A DNA stretch of 64,000 nt from Nageia nagi (lineage: Eukaryota > Plantae > Pinophyta): NCBI GenBank assembly GCA_050084985.1, contig JBITNC010000001.1, positions 144,584,001-144,648,000 of the forward strand. The letters run 5' to 3'. Under the pieces are notes generated by a model that made no database searches, had not been told where the DNA came from, and worked only from the letters and a program-made list of their open reading frames with translations. The first letter of the stretch is position 1. Every line of letters begins with the position of its first letter. Of the stretch, positions 36,953 to 50,443 are shown piece by piece. The translations under genes and the position numbers were made by a program.

Positions 36953-39900
36953 GTTGTAGTATTACTATTTTTATATTTTTTCCATGAATTTAAAGTTGAA
37001 TGGAATAGTGAAAAGTGATTTTTCAAGTTGTAATCTTTAATTTTTCTATACAGTTTAGTTTTTCCAAAAAAGATGAAACTAACTACTTTGAGAGGTTGTA
37101 AATTTCATTTATTTCTATTTACACCATTTGAAAGATCTATTAAATTTATGTATAAATCTATACTATTTGCATAGTTTCAGTCAATACATGTCCTTCATTT
37201 TACCTTTGTAAAATGCTCCCTAAAGTTCTGAGCAAACTGCAACCACCTGATATTTTTAAGTTATGTGGAGTCTACAAGTTGACTATATACAAGCTGCAAG
37301 TCAATTATAGAGGATGTTGTTTGAGCTATGAATAAATGTAGAGGGTTTATTTAACTCAATTTTTGTCTCATATACCTTATTTTTTTTTAGTTAATATTGA
37401 AATGGTCCACAAAGAGGTCTATAAGTGAAGGAATATTATAGATATATTTTTTAGGGATATTGTATTATGTGAAATACTTTAAGTAATAGTTTAGCTTAAA
37501 AATTTTCATCATGTAAAAATATAATGCATACTTATTTTAATTATTAAATATGATTTGCTATATCTTTCATTCTTGTAAAAATTCAAAATAAGGCCACATA
37601 GAATAGAGTGGTTAAGGAAACTATATATCAAGGGAGAGGCGATAAGGAAATTTTTAAGGATGAGGGTTCATGATAATTTATTTAATTTAATTAAGATACT
37701 CTTTTAATTAATCCAATTCTTTCTTATGATAAGTTTGCATCTATTGAAATATGATCATAATCTCAAAGTGTTCAAGATTTTATGATCTAGGAATGATGAG
37801 AGTTATAGGAGGAAATAGATTAACCATTGATTGAGACATAGGATGAGACAAGATAAAAGAGTTGAGAAAATAGGTATATGATGGAATGTAATAGAAGGTT
37901 GAAGAATGTGTATAAGAAATATATATTCTTAAATAATGATATATTATAATTAAGGATAAATATTTTAGAAGATGGAGTGTAATCAATAACATGACCAATG
38001 ATATGTGGCAGGTTGATAATTGATGTATAAGAAATATATATAATTAGTTAAGATAATAAAATAAGATATTTGAGTATGATCCTTTTTATTCATGGTAAAT
38101 GAAGTGAGATGAAATTATTAAGAAATAAAGATTCCTATAAGAGGTAATTCTTAACTTCATCATAAACTTGTAAGTTGGGTTTTTAACCTATTTCTTAATC
38201 ATCATTGGAAAGTATCTTGTTCATTGGTTTTAACCTTATGGTTTCACATTCATCCTTACTATGGTGTGACTTATTGTAATAAAAAAAATATTTTATATTT
38301 TAAACTAATACTTTTTTTAAAAGGTATAATATTTATAAGTATTTTGTGTGTGTGTGTGTTATATATATATATGTACATAGGTGATTTTCAAAGGGAACCA
38401 ATAACCTTATTACAACACCAAATTGCCTTGTATATCATAACCCATGAAAAAAAATTCCTACTAGTAATAACCTATTATAGTCTACTATGCTCAGACATCT
38501 ATACTACTACATTTAGTCTAAACAAGGCATAAAAATAAACTATCAGCCTATACTAGCTCTATCCATCCTTGAAATGCTCTAGCCAACACTACAAGGTTGT
38601 TTTAAAGTTTAGCTCCTCCCATATCACTTCTTAGAGTTTATCAACCTGAGTTGTTATGTTCCTCAACCTAGACAACAACATTCCACATAACGAGCCAATC
38701 TCTCTTAGGAGCATATGAAGGAGCTAAAGGATTCTTTACATTCCACCCAAGGACACCTTGAATGTAATTTGCCTAATCTTAAGAACACATAGAACATTCA
38801 CACAAATAAAACTTAAACATGTATAATGGTTCCTCCATCATGGGAGTCCATCTGCTTGAACATATTTTCTATTATTTCTCACAAGTGAACTCTCCTACAA
38901 ATTCTCAATAATTCTTCTACAAGAATTCTTTTACAAAATTCCTACAAGAGCATTTCTACAACTCTATAAGACTAGCATTTTCATGCTTCTCCAAGTGTGT
39001 AATCTTAAGGAGAGGGTCCTATATTTATAAGTCAAAATCCTCCCTTGAATCACCCTATTAACCATTGTACAAAGTCATGACATGCATCACCTTTTTATCC
39101 AAAGGGCATGCTCATGATATGGAGTGTAGGACAAGTTACATGTGGAAAAATTTACATTATCATATTCATTAAATACTTAAGGTATATAGGGATACACTTA
39201 AGTATTAAATGAATTACATTAAGAGACCTTACAATAATGCATTATAAATTCTAACACTCTCCCTTAATGCAATATAATGGTAGAGAGTTGAGAAGAAAAA
39301 GAGAGAATGAGTAAGAGAGTTCTCCTCCATAACAATACAAGTGAAGAAAAGAACTTGTGAAAACTAATAGAATTTAGATGATTTTACAAGGCTCAACTAC
39401 TCAACCATTTTAGAAAATGGTTTACAATACAATCATTAACCATAAATGATTTCAATATACAAGTATTAGTCATCCAATAAGTTGACATGATGAGCTTTCA
39501 CGAGCCTACATACTCGAAGTAAGTAATTTGCAATCTCCTACAATCTACAAGAAGTTTATAGAAAAATTAGTAATATACATCATTGCATAGCATCAAATAT
39601 AATATACATCATCAACTATGATATCTAATAATATCACATGTGCATACTAACAAGTTATGATATATCATATCATGTGTAATGTGCACTATCAACCAAGTGA
39701 TACATAAATGCACTATCAAACAAGAATATATGAAATATCCATAAGTGCACAACATGATCATCAATCATTATAAAACATTTATTTTTAATTTTGTTTATTT
39801 TAGATCATTATTTTGTGTTTATTTTTTTTATGAAGGTGTCATCATATTATAACATTTCCTTTATCCCCCTTGATGACAACTTCACCTATCAAATACTCAT

Positions 39901-40266
39901 GTGATCATGTTACCTTAATCATGCCATAAATTATCAAATGCCAACTTGATAAAAAAAATATCACATGCAATGCATAAGCCACATATCAAAGATGCATAAT
40001 TTCTTATTGATTTACAAACATGTTGAGTTGGAGGTTTAAGTTCTTCAACAATATTGTAGCATAGATGAAGAACAAGCCACAACATACAAACTTATTATAC
40101 AACTAGTCAAGATGCACAAGCCACAAAATGCCAACTTGACTATGTTACTAATCAAGATGCATATGATGGAATAAGGTAGCATTAATCCAATAATATGGAT
40201 TCAAATTCCATCAAAAAATTAAAATTTTGGAGAAGAGAAAACCTTTTTAACCACTCCAACAATTTG

Positions 40267-40428
40267 CAAACATGGAGATTCTTCCATTAATATGGAAACA
40301 GACAATGTGGCATCCATCCATAAACATGGATATTTTTCTATCAACATGAAATCAAACAATGTAGCATTCATCCATAAACATAGATATTCTTCCATCAACA
40401 TGGAAGCAAACAATGTGGCATCCATCCA
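40267..40428. repeat. Tandem repeat, 54 bp x3
   Basis: Units (C/T)AAACAT(G/A)GA...CATCCA start at 40267, 40321 and 40375. Confidence 0.85.
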
Positions 40429-41837
40429 TCGAAAGTAGGGTTAAGACCAATTTAGTAGTTTTCATTAGGGTTAGTTATTAATTACAAGAATGCTTAAAAG
40501 CTTGCTTTGAGAGTCATTACATAATGCTCTTGTTTAGTAGATCAAAATTTGCATAATGCTTGCTAAAAAAAGGCATTATCAAGGTCTTTCATTTTTCTCA
40601 ATAGGGGGGCAAGTTGTCTTGAAAAAATTGCCTCTTTTAAACTTGCTCATTTATCCATCTTCTTTTGCCTTTAGGGATAACGTTAGGAGAGAAAAATAAA
40701 AAATTACTAATAGCTCCCTTAAATTTTGGGTGGAAAAAATATCATTCTTTAATAAAAAAAATTATTAACAAAAATAGTCTCTCCCCTTTAACACTTTGAA
40801 AAAAAATATTACCATAGCAAAAACAATTCCCCCATTTAAACTTTAAGGAATGAAAAATTGCTCTTTTAAAAAAAAAAATTAAGGGAAAAAATATATATGT
40901 ATATTACTTGCTTAAAAATTTACTTTCCTCCATTTAAAAAAAAAAAAACTTTCTTAAAAATATTAAGGAAGAAAAAAATTACCTCTCTTAGCACTTTTTT
41001 TTTAAATAATGATTCCCCCTTCTTTTAAAAAAAAGATAAAGTACTTAAAAAAATATTCTCCCTCTCTTTTTACATACATACATACATATATATATACATA
41101 CATACATACATATAAGGTAAAAAAAAAAATTCACAAAAAAAAATCATTAAAAAATCCTCCTTAAAAAATGTTCTCTATTGTGCTACATCAACAATGTTCA
41201 ACTTGATGACACTTTGAATTGGGGCCTCCTATGGTGTTAAGCACACACTTATTATTAAGCCATAATTTAGAAGATTTGGAACATGAACAACATTAAGGAA
41301 TAATTCTTCATTCAAAGTAATGTGCGAAGAGGTACTTGAGTCATCTAGTGTGAAGTTCAAGAGGTGGTGGAGTCAATCTAATGTGAAGATAAAGAAATAT
41401 ACTCTAGCTAACCAAATATTGTTAGAGACTCTCATAGACTATGGGAAGTTGAAAGAAGATTGAAAACAGCCTTTGGATGCCTTGAGGAGCTCAAAGATAT
41501 GTGAAACTTTTTTTATGTCAATTGGATACCTTTTACCAGCACTAGGATCATTTATGGTACCAAAGAAGCGCATTAGAGTAGAGAAACCAATGAATTTTCT
41601 TAACATGACCATAATATGTTGTTTTGTAAAGGCCTTGGGCAAGGGAATATATGATGGAAGAAGCAAACTCATCATGGATGCTATAGAAACTCCTAAATAG
41701 GGCCCTTTGAAGGCAAGGGAAAAATATAGATCTTAAATCAATGAGATGAAAGTGCTCTTATATTATTGTTAGTGGTAGGGTCACCCTAACAATCGATACA
41801 TCAAATAGGACACTATGGTGTTTCCTAGTGTTGCAAC

Positions 41838-42335
41838 TGTTGAAATGTATAATGCATTATTGTAAAGGTTTTGTATTAATCTTCTATATAAGTTCACTAA
41901 TACTTAAGGGTATCATTTGATACCTTAAGTATTTAAGTGAATATGATAATGTAACTTGTCCTACACTCCATGTCATGAGCATGCCCCTTGGGTAAAAGGA
42001 TGTTCATGTCATGTGTTTGTACATTGGATAAAAGGGTGATCCAAAGAGGGATTTTGGCCTATAAATAGAAGGCTCCCTTTTTGTGATCACACACCAATTT
42101 GTGGAGTAAAACTATGCTATAGGATACTATTTAGGAGATGAGTTAGGAGAATTGTAAGAGTTCATATTTGTTAAGAAGAAAGATCTAGTTAGTGGATGTA
42201 CTTCTAGTTGGAGAAACAACTTACATCTTGTGTTATCTTTGTGAGATTGCATTGTGAGTTTGTTAGATGTGTATTGTGAGCTTTCATGTGATCTTGGGAG
42301 TTTAGAGTTGTTCATGTTATAGTTCAATTCTCATA
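41838..42335 (+). mobile_element. Solo LTR related to the host element's LTRs, opposite orientation
   Basis: Starts TGTTGAAATGTATAATGCATT and ends TCATA. TSD GCAAC at 41833-41837 and 42336-42340. Reverse-complement similarity to about 51850-52106. Confidence 0.85.
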
Positions 42336-43986
42336 GCAACAAGACAATATAAATTGATATTCTTCTAACTTGCTTACAATGGAACAACAAACAATCTGAA
42401 TGCAATCTTGACAATGTAAAGCGAGCAACAAAAAATTATGGTGGAGGAGGGTCTTTTATATGGCCATCTATTTCTACTTATTTTTCTACCTCTACTCTAA
42501 TATATGATTTTCATTGTAAAGAGAGTGAGAGAATGCCAAGATGAATTCTTTTACGAAATGAAACCCTTTTTTTTGAAATATTTATTTATTTAGAAAAATT
42601 TGCATTATCCCCCTTAAAAAAAAATCAAACATTTTTTTTAAATTGTAAAATTAATTGTTTTGCAAATTTGCAACCACAATTTTCAATCAATTTAAAATTT
42701 TTGTAATTTATAACATATATTATTAGTTTTAATGTTGCAACAAATTATATAAAGAAGCATAAAAAATGATGAATTAGTCTACATAATCCTGCAGGTCAAG
42801 ACTATAGAAACTTTAATCATCAACTCTACAACTAATACCTCCAATTCCAACAAGTAACACAATATAATGGTCCTCCCTCTTGAAATACATCCACAACTAG
42901 ACCATTCACAAACTATGCACCCTCAATAAATTCCTTCCTCCTCACAACTAGTAGAGTAATCTTACTCAAAACTAAGTTATATTCAAACGGATGAGCCCTC
43001 TATTAGCAATGAAGACACCTCCCTAACACATCCCTTTAACCCAAGGGTAAGGTTAGGGTTACAATAAATATATTACCTAACTTTAACCTACCAACTAACC
43101 ACTTGGTAAGGTCAAAGTTTACATAATAAAGAATTCAATTAATCCCTTAAGGTATCTAAATATCTTTTAAGTGATTAATTGAATTTACAAGGAGTTTAGA
43201 TATTCACAATATTTCATTACAAATTCTAACACTCCCCCTTAATGCAATATTGGGATAGAGCGTAGAAGAGAGAAGAGAGAGAGTAAGAGAGAGTTCTCCT
43301 CCATAGAGATACAAGTGGAGATGAGAACATTTACATATTTGAGAATCTTTTTGAGAACTAGTTTGAGACTCACTACATTACCATTTGACAAAATGGTTTA
43401 CAATACAATCATTAACCACAACTGGTTTCACTGTACATAGTAGTCGATCAACTTTAAGCTGACATGTGAGTCTCCATGAGCTTGCTTACACAAGGTGAGT
43501 AACCTGCATTTCTGAAGAAGATCCTGCATGCTACAAGCAACTCATGAACAAAATCAATTAGATGCATCATATATTCATTTTATTAATAAGAGAATCAAAT
43601 AATTCCATCTTATAAATAACTGATCAATGGTGCACTATAAGTCATCACGGAGATACCAAGCCATCAGTCATAGTCACCTGTTGTATATAGACATGTGTTG
43701 ATTATTAATAGAGCATAACAAATAGATGACTGTACAATGCCTACAGACACATACCAAATCTTCTCATATGAATACTTGAACAATGAAACTGCTTGATCAA
43801 TTATATGCTCAAAAAATTGTACAACAAGTTTCTCACGTAGAGCAAACTTACCACGGAGGTATAAAATGTACAAAAAGTTCCTCACACAGAGCAAACTTAC
43901 CATGGAGGTATATCATAATCAACACTATATAACAACAACAAAAAAAAGAGCCTCTTAGAGGTGAAGTTATCATCACTAACAAAAGT

Positions 43987-46900
43987 TCAAACTTCACTCC
44001 CCCTTGAGGGCAACTTCACCAACCCGAGAGAATCCCTAAGCTTGCTGAACTGAGCTTCAAGAAGGGGCTTGGTGAATAAATCAGTAGAGTTTACAGTAGA
44101 TGGACAATACTCCAAGTGTATGATGTCATCTAGAACCTTCTCCCTGATAAAATGGGCTTGGATTTCCACATGTTTGGTTCTCTGATGGAACATAGGATTC
44201 TTAGCCAAAGAGATAGCCGATTGATTGTCTGAAGAAATAAGAGATGGGCCATTTTGCTCATACCCAATTTCGTTCAGAAGATGCCTCAGCCAAATAGCTT
44301 CCTGGGCAGCAACAGACATGGCTTGATATTTAGCTTTGGTGGTAGAAAGAGTCACAGTAGGTTGCTTCTTGAAAGCCCAAGAGATAGCACCTGAACCAAT
44401 GCTGAACACATATGCAGAGGTTGATTTTCTGTCATCTCTATCTCCCCCATAATCAGAATCTGAGAACCCTGAGAGAACAATTGAGGGCACTTTGGAATAC
44501 TTAAGAGCAAGATCCTTTATCCCTGCCACATACCTCAAGATTTGCTTCACAGCATTGAGGTGTTCAACATATGGTTTTTGCATGAATCGTGCCATCAAAT
44601 TCACTACAAAGGTAATATCAGGACGAGAGATAGTCAGATACAGAAGACTACCGATCAATTGCCTATAAGCTGTAGCATCAGCCAACTGAGAATCTGAGCT
44701 CAGTGATACAACGATTCCAGGAGAAATAGGTATTGCAGCATATCTACACTCCTCCATTCCAAACTTTTGCAAGATGTGTGATATATACTTAGATTGACTA
44801 AGATAAGTACAATCTTTGTGTTGGTATACTTGCATCCCAAGATAGTAATGCAATAGACCTAGATTAGTCATTTCAAATGTTGCCTTCAGTTTGGATATGC
44901 ACTCTTAGATGATTTCAATATATTATTTCCAGTTATGAGAAGATCATCCACATAAAGGAGAATTAAGACCACGTATTTTCCTTGATTGAGTACATAGAGA
45001 TCTGAGTCAGAGAAGCACTTGGAAAAACCAATATCTGCAAAGAATCCTAAAATTTTCTTGTACCATGCTCTAGGTGCTTGCTTAAGTCCATACAAAGACT
45101 TCTTTAGCTTGCACACAAAAGACTCTTTACCTTCTGGAATAAATCTTTCTGGTTGATTCATGTAGATTTCTACATCCAAGTCACCATTGAGAAATGCACT
45201 CTTGACATCAAGTTGAAAAACTTTCCATCTTTGAGCTGCAGAAAGAGCAAGGATTATCCTGACAGTAGGCATCTTGGCCACAGGAGCAAAGGTTTCTTTA
45301 TAATCAATACCATATTTCTGAGCGAATCCTTTGGCCACTAACCTTGCTTTGTATTTTTCAATTTCTCCATCAGAATTGTACTTGACCTTGTATATCCATT
45401 TATTTCCAATCACATTTTTCTCATTGGGATAAGGAACCAAATCCCAAGTTTCATTTTTCATGAGCGCCTCATACTCAACTTTCATAGCTTCCATCAAACA
45501 CTCTTGCTTGGAAGCTTCTTTGAAGGTTGATGGCTCATTTGTATTATCAATTTGGGCAAATAAAGATTTATTCAAGGTCATACTCCTTGTAATTCTTTGA
45601 GATGGAGAATTTTGCTCTTATGGTGACTTCCTTACATTATCATCCAACCAATTAGGTGCAGGCGAAGAATCATCTGAATCAGACACCTCAGCATGAGAAG
45701 TCGTATCCTCAAAAAGTTCATTGAACTTGACATCCCTAGAAACAAAGACTATTTTATGGGATGAGGAGTAGAGCCAGTAACCTCTATGCTGATTATCATA
45801 CCCCACAAAGATGCATTTTTCTAATCTTTTATACAACTTCTTTCTTTTCTCTAAGGTAATGAAGGCAAATGCATCACAACCGAAGACCCTAAAGTGTGAG
45901 ATGTTAGGTTTCTTTCCTGTCCATGCTTCATACAGAGTTTTACCTTCAACTGCTTTAGTAGGACACCTATTTAGGGTGTGAATAGCAGTGTGAACAGCTT
46001 CACCTCATAAGAAACTAGGAAGGTTACCCAACATGCACCTTGCCATTTCCATAATGGTTTGATTCTTCCTTTCAGCAACTCCATTTTGTTGAGGGGTGTA
46101 AGGGATTGTGAATTGCCGCTTGATCCCATGTTTAACACAATAGTCGTTAAACTCATTGCTATTATACTCACCCCCATTATCAGATCTCAGCATCTTGATC
46201 TTAAAATCAGTTTGATTTTCAACAAGAGCCTTGAAGTCTTTAAACTTGTCAAAAGTTTGATCCTTGTGCTCAAGTAGATAACCAAATGTCATCCTGCTGA
46301 AGTCGTAAATGAAGGTCAGAACATAAGAAGCTCCCCCTAGAGACTTAGTCTGAAACGGACCCATCAAATCTGAATGCACAAGTTGAAGAGGACGAGTAGC
46401 CCGAGTTGCCTTATCTTTTTCAAACTTTTGCCTATTCATCTTTCCTAGAATGCACCTTTCACAGAGACCAATTGTGGGTGAAATATTAGGTAAACCTTCC
46501 ACAAGTTCTTGATTTTTCATATCTTGAATACTCTTGTGGTTAAGGTGCCCTAATCGTTGATGCCAAAGATTACCCTTTGAACAAACATTTGTAGCAAGAC
46601 ACATCTTTGAAGGAACTTGATCCATAATATAAAGGTCATCCTTTACTGATCCTTTCATCAAGGTGGCAAGTCCTTTCTCAACACACCAGGAGTGTGAGGT
46701 AAACTCAAATGAGTATCCTTTCCTTATAATCTGAATTACAGAGATAAGATTCATCCTTAGTTTAGGCACATAAAAGACATTATCAAGAACCTTTCCATGA
46801 ATCTTCACACTCCCTATTCCTTGAACATCAAGGACTGAATTATCAACTATCACAACTGCATCCTTATTGTACTTATAAAAGTTTTCAAACTTATCCTTTT

Positions 46901-47930
46901 CATAACACATGTGATTAGTGCATCCTGAATCAACAATCCAATCATTTGAAATAGTTTGAGTCACTGAGTAGTAGGCAACAGTAGCAACATGCTTGTTCTT
47001 CTTTTTATTATTGAAATTTTTCACATTTGCATTTCCCTTGCCTTTTTCAGCAAATTTCTTTTTACGACAATCATACTCTTTGTGACCAAAGATGCCACAA
47101 AAGTTACAATTTCCATCAAACTTTTCCTTAGGTTTTGGATTGCTTGATCCAGCTTTGTCATTCCTTTGCTTGAAGTTGCCATTATTGTTGCCCTTTTTCT
47201 CATGCTTTCTGAAGGTAAGTGAGGATTTGTTATCTTTGGATTTGTAATGATTGAACTTCTTCTTGAAAGGAGTTTTGGTTGCTCCTAGAGCAATGTGATT
47301 GTCCTTTGAAGAAAAGTTCAACATTTTCTTATTCAAAGTTTCCTCATGCTTCAGAAGGAGTCTAGAAAGGTTATCAAGAGAGATGACATCTTCTTCATCA
47401 TCGACCCTAGTTTCCATAACCGTGACAAAGTTACTGAACTTTGTAGAAAGGCTTTGAAGAATGATGAAGACCATGAACTCGTCATTGATCCAGTTGCACC
47501 CACAGCCAACCAGTTGTGTCCTAAGGTCAATGATTTTGGTCAAGTAAATAGAAGCACTTTCATCTTCACCTTGACGATATTGCAACAACTTTTGTAAAAT
47601 AGTGAACCTCCTTGAAAATTTTGACCCAAGGTAAATTTTCTTCAGCCTATCCCAAGCTTCCTTTGCTGATGTTGAAGAAGAGATCATGAGAAGTACGTCA
47701 TCTGAAACTGCATGATAAATCATTGAAGTTGCTAACTCATTCTTTGAGTTGTAGATTTCAAGAGCCTTCTCATCTGTAGGAGCGACCAAGTCTTCATTAA
47801 CTGTCTGCCACAGCTTCCTTGCTTGTAACTCAGCTTTCATACGAGGTTCCCATATGTCGAAGTTGGAACCGTCGAGTATATGCTTGGGTATGAAGGTTTC
47901 AACCATTGCTACACAAAAGTAAATAAGCAA
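43987..47930 (-). pseudogene. Copia-B Gag-Pol polyprotein (gag, CCHC, PR, IN, RT, RNase H) with a few stops and one frameshift
   Basis: CNFCGIFGHKEYDC; WIVDSGCTNHM; HSDL/RSDNGGEY/QNGVAERKN; [27 protein letters not shown]; DSDYGGDRDDRKSTS, HQRTKHV. Stops at about 46005, 45618 and 44906, frameshift near 44920. Confidence 0.95.
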
Positions 47931-49829
47931 GAAGAATGAATAAATTTCTAGAATTTACCATCTATACAAATCAAACATTGATAAGTAAACATGTCCCACA
48001 TGTGCAAACTTATAAACCAAGATCCGTAGAAGGATAAAGTTGAGGTTGTTTTCTTGTATAGAATTAGGCCTTCACCTGGATGCCCGCAAAGTGGAGCCCA
48101 AGTACTACTAGTCTTCAACCAGTTCACCTTGGTCAGTAATATACTCTCTCAAGGAGAAGTACCAACTATTTTCCAAGGATCCGACGTATCTTGGACCGGC
48201 CATTTTAATTATCTTGTTTAAGGTTTTCAAGTTTTCCTCCTAGGTTATCAGGATAATCCCTCAATGGACGTGCGGACATGTGGTATCACTACACACATGT
48301 CTGTCCACCTAATAGAGTTATGTCCAATCCAATAGAGGTCTTAGGGGCAATTAAGATGGATTTACCACCACTTGGTTCTTCAGACTAAAAAGGCTCTAGT
48401 CTGCCCTGTCCTCCCCTCGTGGCTCCCCAAACAAGTCATGTTGTGGAAAAGTACGTGCGGATGTGTTCATTTTAGGGGTTACTTTCAATATTTTGCATTT
48501 TGCAAGTATAAAGCAATTATGCAAAAATATAAAGTAAAGTATTAAAAATACATCATCCACAAGAACTTGAAATATAAGAGTCCAATGGGTTTTGTACTAA
48601 CCCCTAAAGGACATTTTTACATTTTGCATACTTGCTCAAGTTCATAAATTCATTCAACACTTTAATGAATTTAAAAAGGCTAAGTCCTACTTAGCATTAA
48701 TCCATAAGTTAAAAAATTAAACATACATTATTCCATAACTTAAAAATTAAGTAATAAACATGCATCATTTATTTTATTAAAAATGCATTATTTAACTTAA
48801 AAATTTTAAGTACTAAGCATGCTTTATTCCTACACAAGATTAAGAGGCATGCATTACAAATTTAGCATGCAAGATCTAGATAAAGTTTTAAGTAAAAAAC
48901 TATACAAATTTCCCCCTTTTTTTTACTTAAAGTTTTATCCCTAAAACTTGTATGCTAAAAAAAAATTGTCTTTTAAGTATGCATTTATATTTTAAGTAAA
49001 AAAAAAATCCCTTGTTTACTTAAAAAATAGCATAGGTTTCCCTTTTAGGAAACATGAAATCATTAAAAAATACTTAGGTAAAAAAAATCCCTTAAAGTGT
49101 TAATGTTACACTAATATTTATCATTTTACCTAAGTAAATTGCCAAACTTAAAAGTATTTAAGGCAAATAAAAAAAATATACTCCTAAAGAATTAACTTTA
49201 TTTGCCACATTTTTCTAAAAAATTGGATAGCATTGAAGAGTAATGATGTATCTACTTACTTTAAAGTATTATAGTCATCATGAAAATGCTTAAAGTTGGA
49301 GTATAAGTACTTCTAAGTGCATTTAATAGGAACAAATGACATGTAAGCAAGCAAAAAATATTAAATGCCTACCAAAAAGTATACGTTTGCTTCTAGAGAG
49401 CTTGCAAGTATTAATGAAAAAGAAAGGAGACCTATGCATAGTTAATGCTACTTTTACCTAAGCACTCAAAGTTATAAATGCTTTTAGGTAAGAAAAATGG
49501 CTACCCTTCCCTTACCAAGAAGGAGTAAACATTGCTTTGCATGTGCATTTAAGAATATGCAAGTAGTCAACAGAAAAAAAAAAATTAAATGCACAAAGAA
49601 AAAAAAGAAACCTCCAACTTTATTCTAAGACAAGGAGGGCAATGTCAAGGAGAAGATGCAGAGGGAGGAGAAGAGGGTTGCATTCGGTTGTGGAGCGGCG
49701 ACGGTAGAGGCAACATTTGGCAGAGATTTGCCTGTGTTTTCCTTGTTGGAAGCCATCTAATGAGGGATCTGCAGAGGCCAGTTTGGGAAGGACATGAGGG
49801 TAGAAACAAGCAAGGTGATCGTATTCAGA

Positions 49830-50200
49830 GCAGACCCATAGTCGATTGATTGTTCACAGATCAAGTCATCATCTGGGAACTGAATCTGAACGTGCACCGA
49901 TAGGAGAGCTTATAAGTCTAGTTGGACACAGATTTTGGCATAGGATGTAGATTTACATTCCCAGGTCTTGTCAGAGGCAAATAGGTACTTGCCAAAGGCA
50001 TCGCCTACTAATTCAAAGACCTTCTCATACTAGTATTCGCGAGGGAAATCAGGCAAGTGAACCCAAACTGGGGCAACTGTTGGGAGCTCCTCGCTTGGTT
50101 TGAAACTAGGGTGCCATGGCTTCATGAACAAACTTGATCATCCATAGAACCATGGCCCTCCCTGGAAATGAGGTTTCGATCTTCGATAGTGGAAAAAAGC
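49830..50200 (-). pseudogene. LINE ORF1 fragment (DUF4283 region) in the Copia-B leader
   Basis: GGPWFYG*SSLFMKPWHPSFKP...APVWVHLPDFPREY*...VGDAFGKYL...SYAKICVQLDL...EQSIDY. Confidence 0.85.
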
Positions 50201-50443
50201 ATGCAGTACATTAGGAGTTCAGTTAGTACGCTCTGCATGGGGTAGGCAGCTTCCATGGGCTCACTACTACTAACTGCTAGCACCAAGGGAGAGAGGAGGT
50301 CTCTGCCAAATGCAAGGGTCATGATTCATCAACCGTCTAGTGGGGCCAGTGGCCAGGCCTCCAATATTGCCATCCATGCGAAAGAGATACTTAAGACAAG
50401 GGAGAGGCTCAATGGGCTGTATGCCAAACATACTGAGCAGAGC
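50201..50443 (+). pseudogene. CLPP: Captured ClpP protease fragment (mitochondrial ClpP2-like), antisense to Copia-B
   Basis: [23 protein letters not shown]...[49 protein letters not shown]. Catalytic Ser (AASM) and His (IHQP) motifs present. Confidence 0.9.

Noticed and set aside
50201-50443. Organellar DNA insertion (plastid clpP1) or bacterial contamination
   Set aside because: The peptide resembles nuclear-encoded mitochondrial ClpP2, carries a stop, and has no flanking organellar or bacterial sequence.
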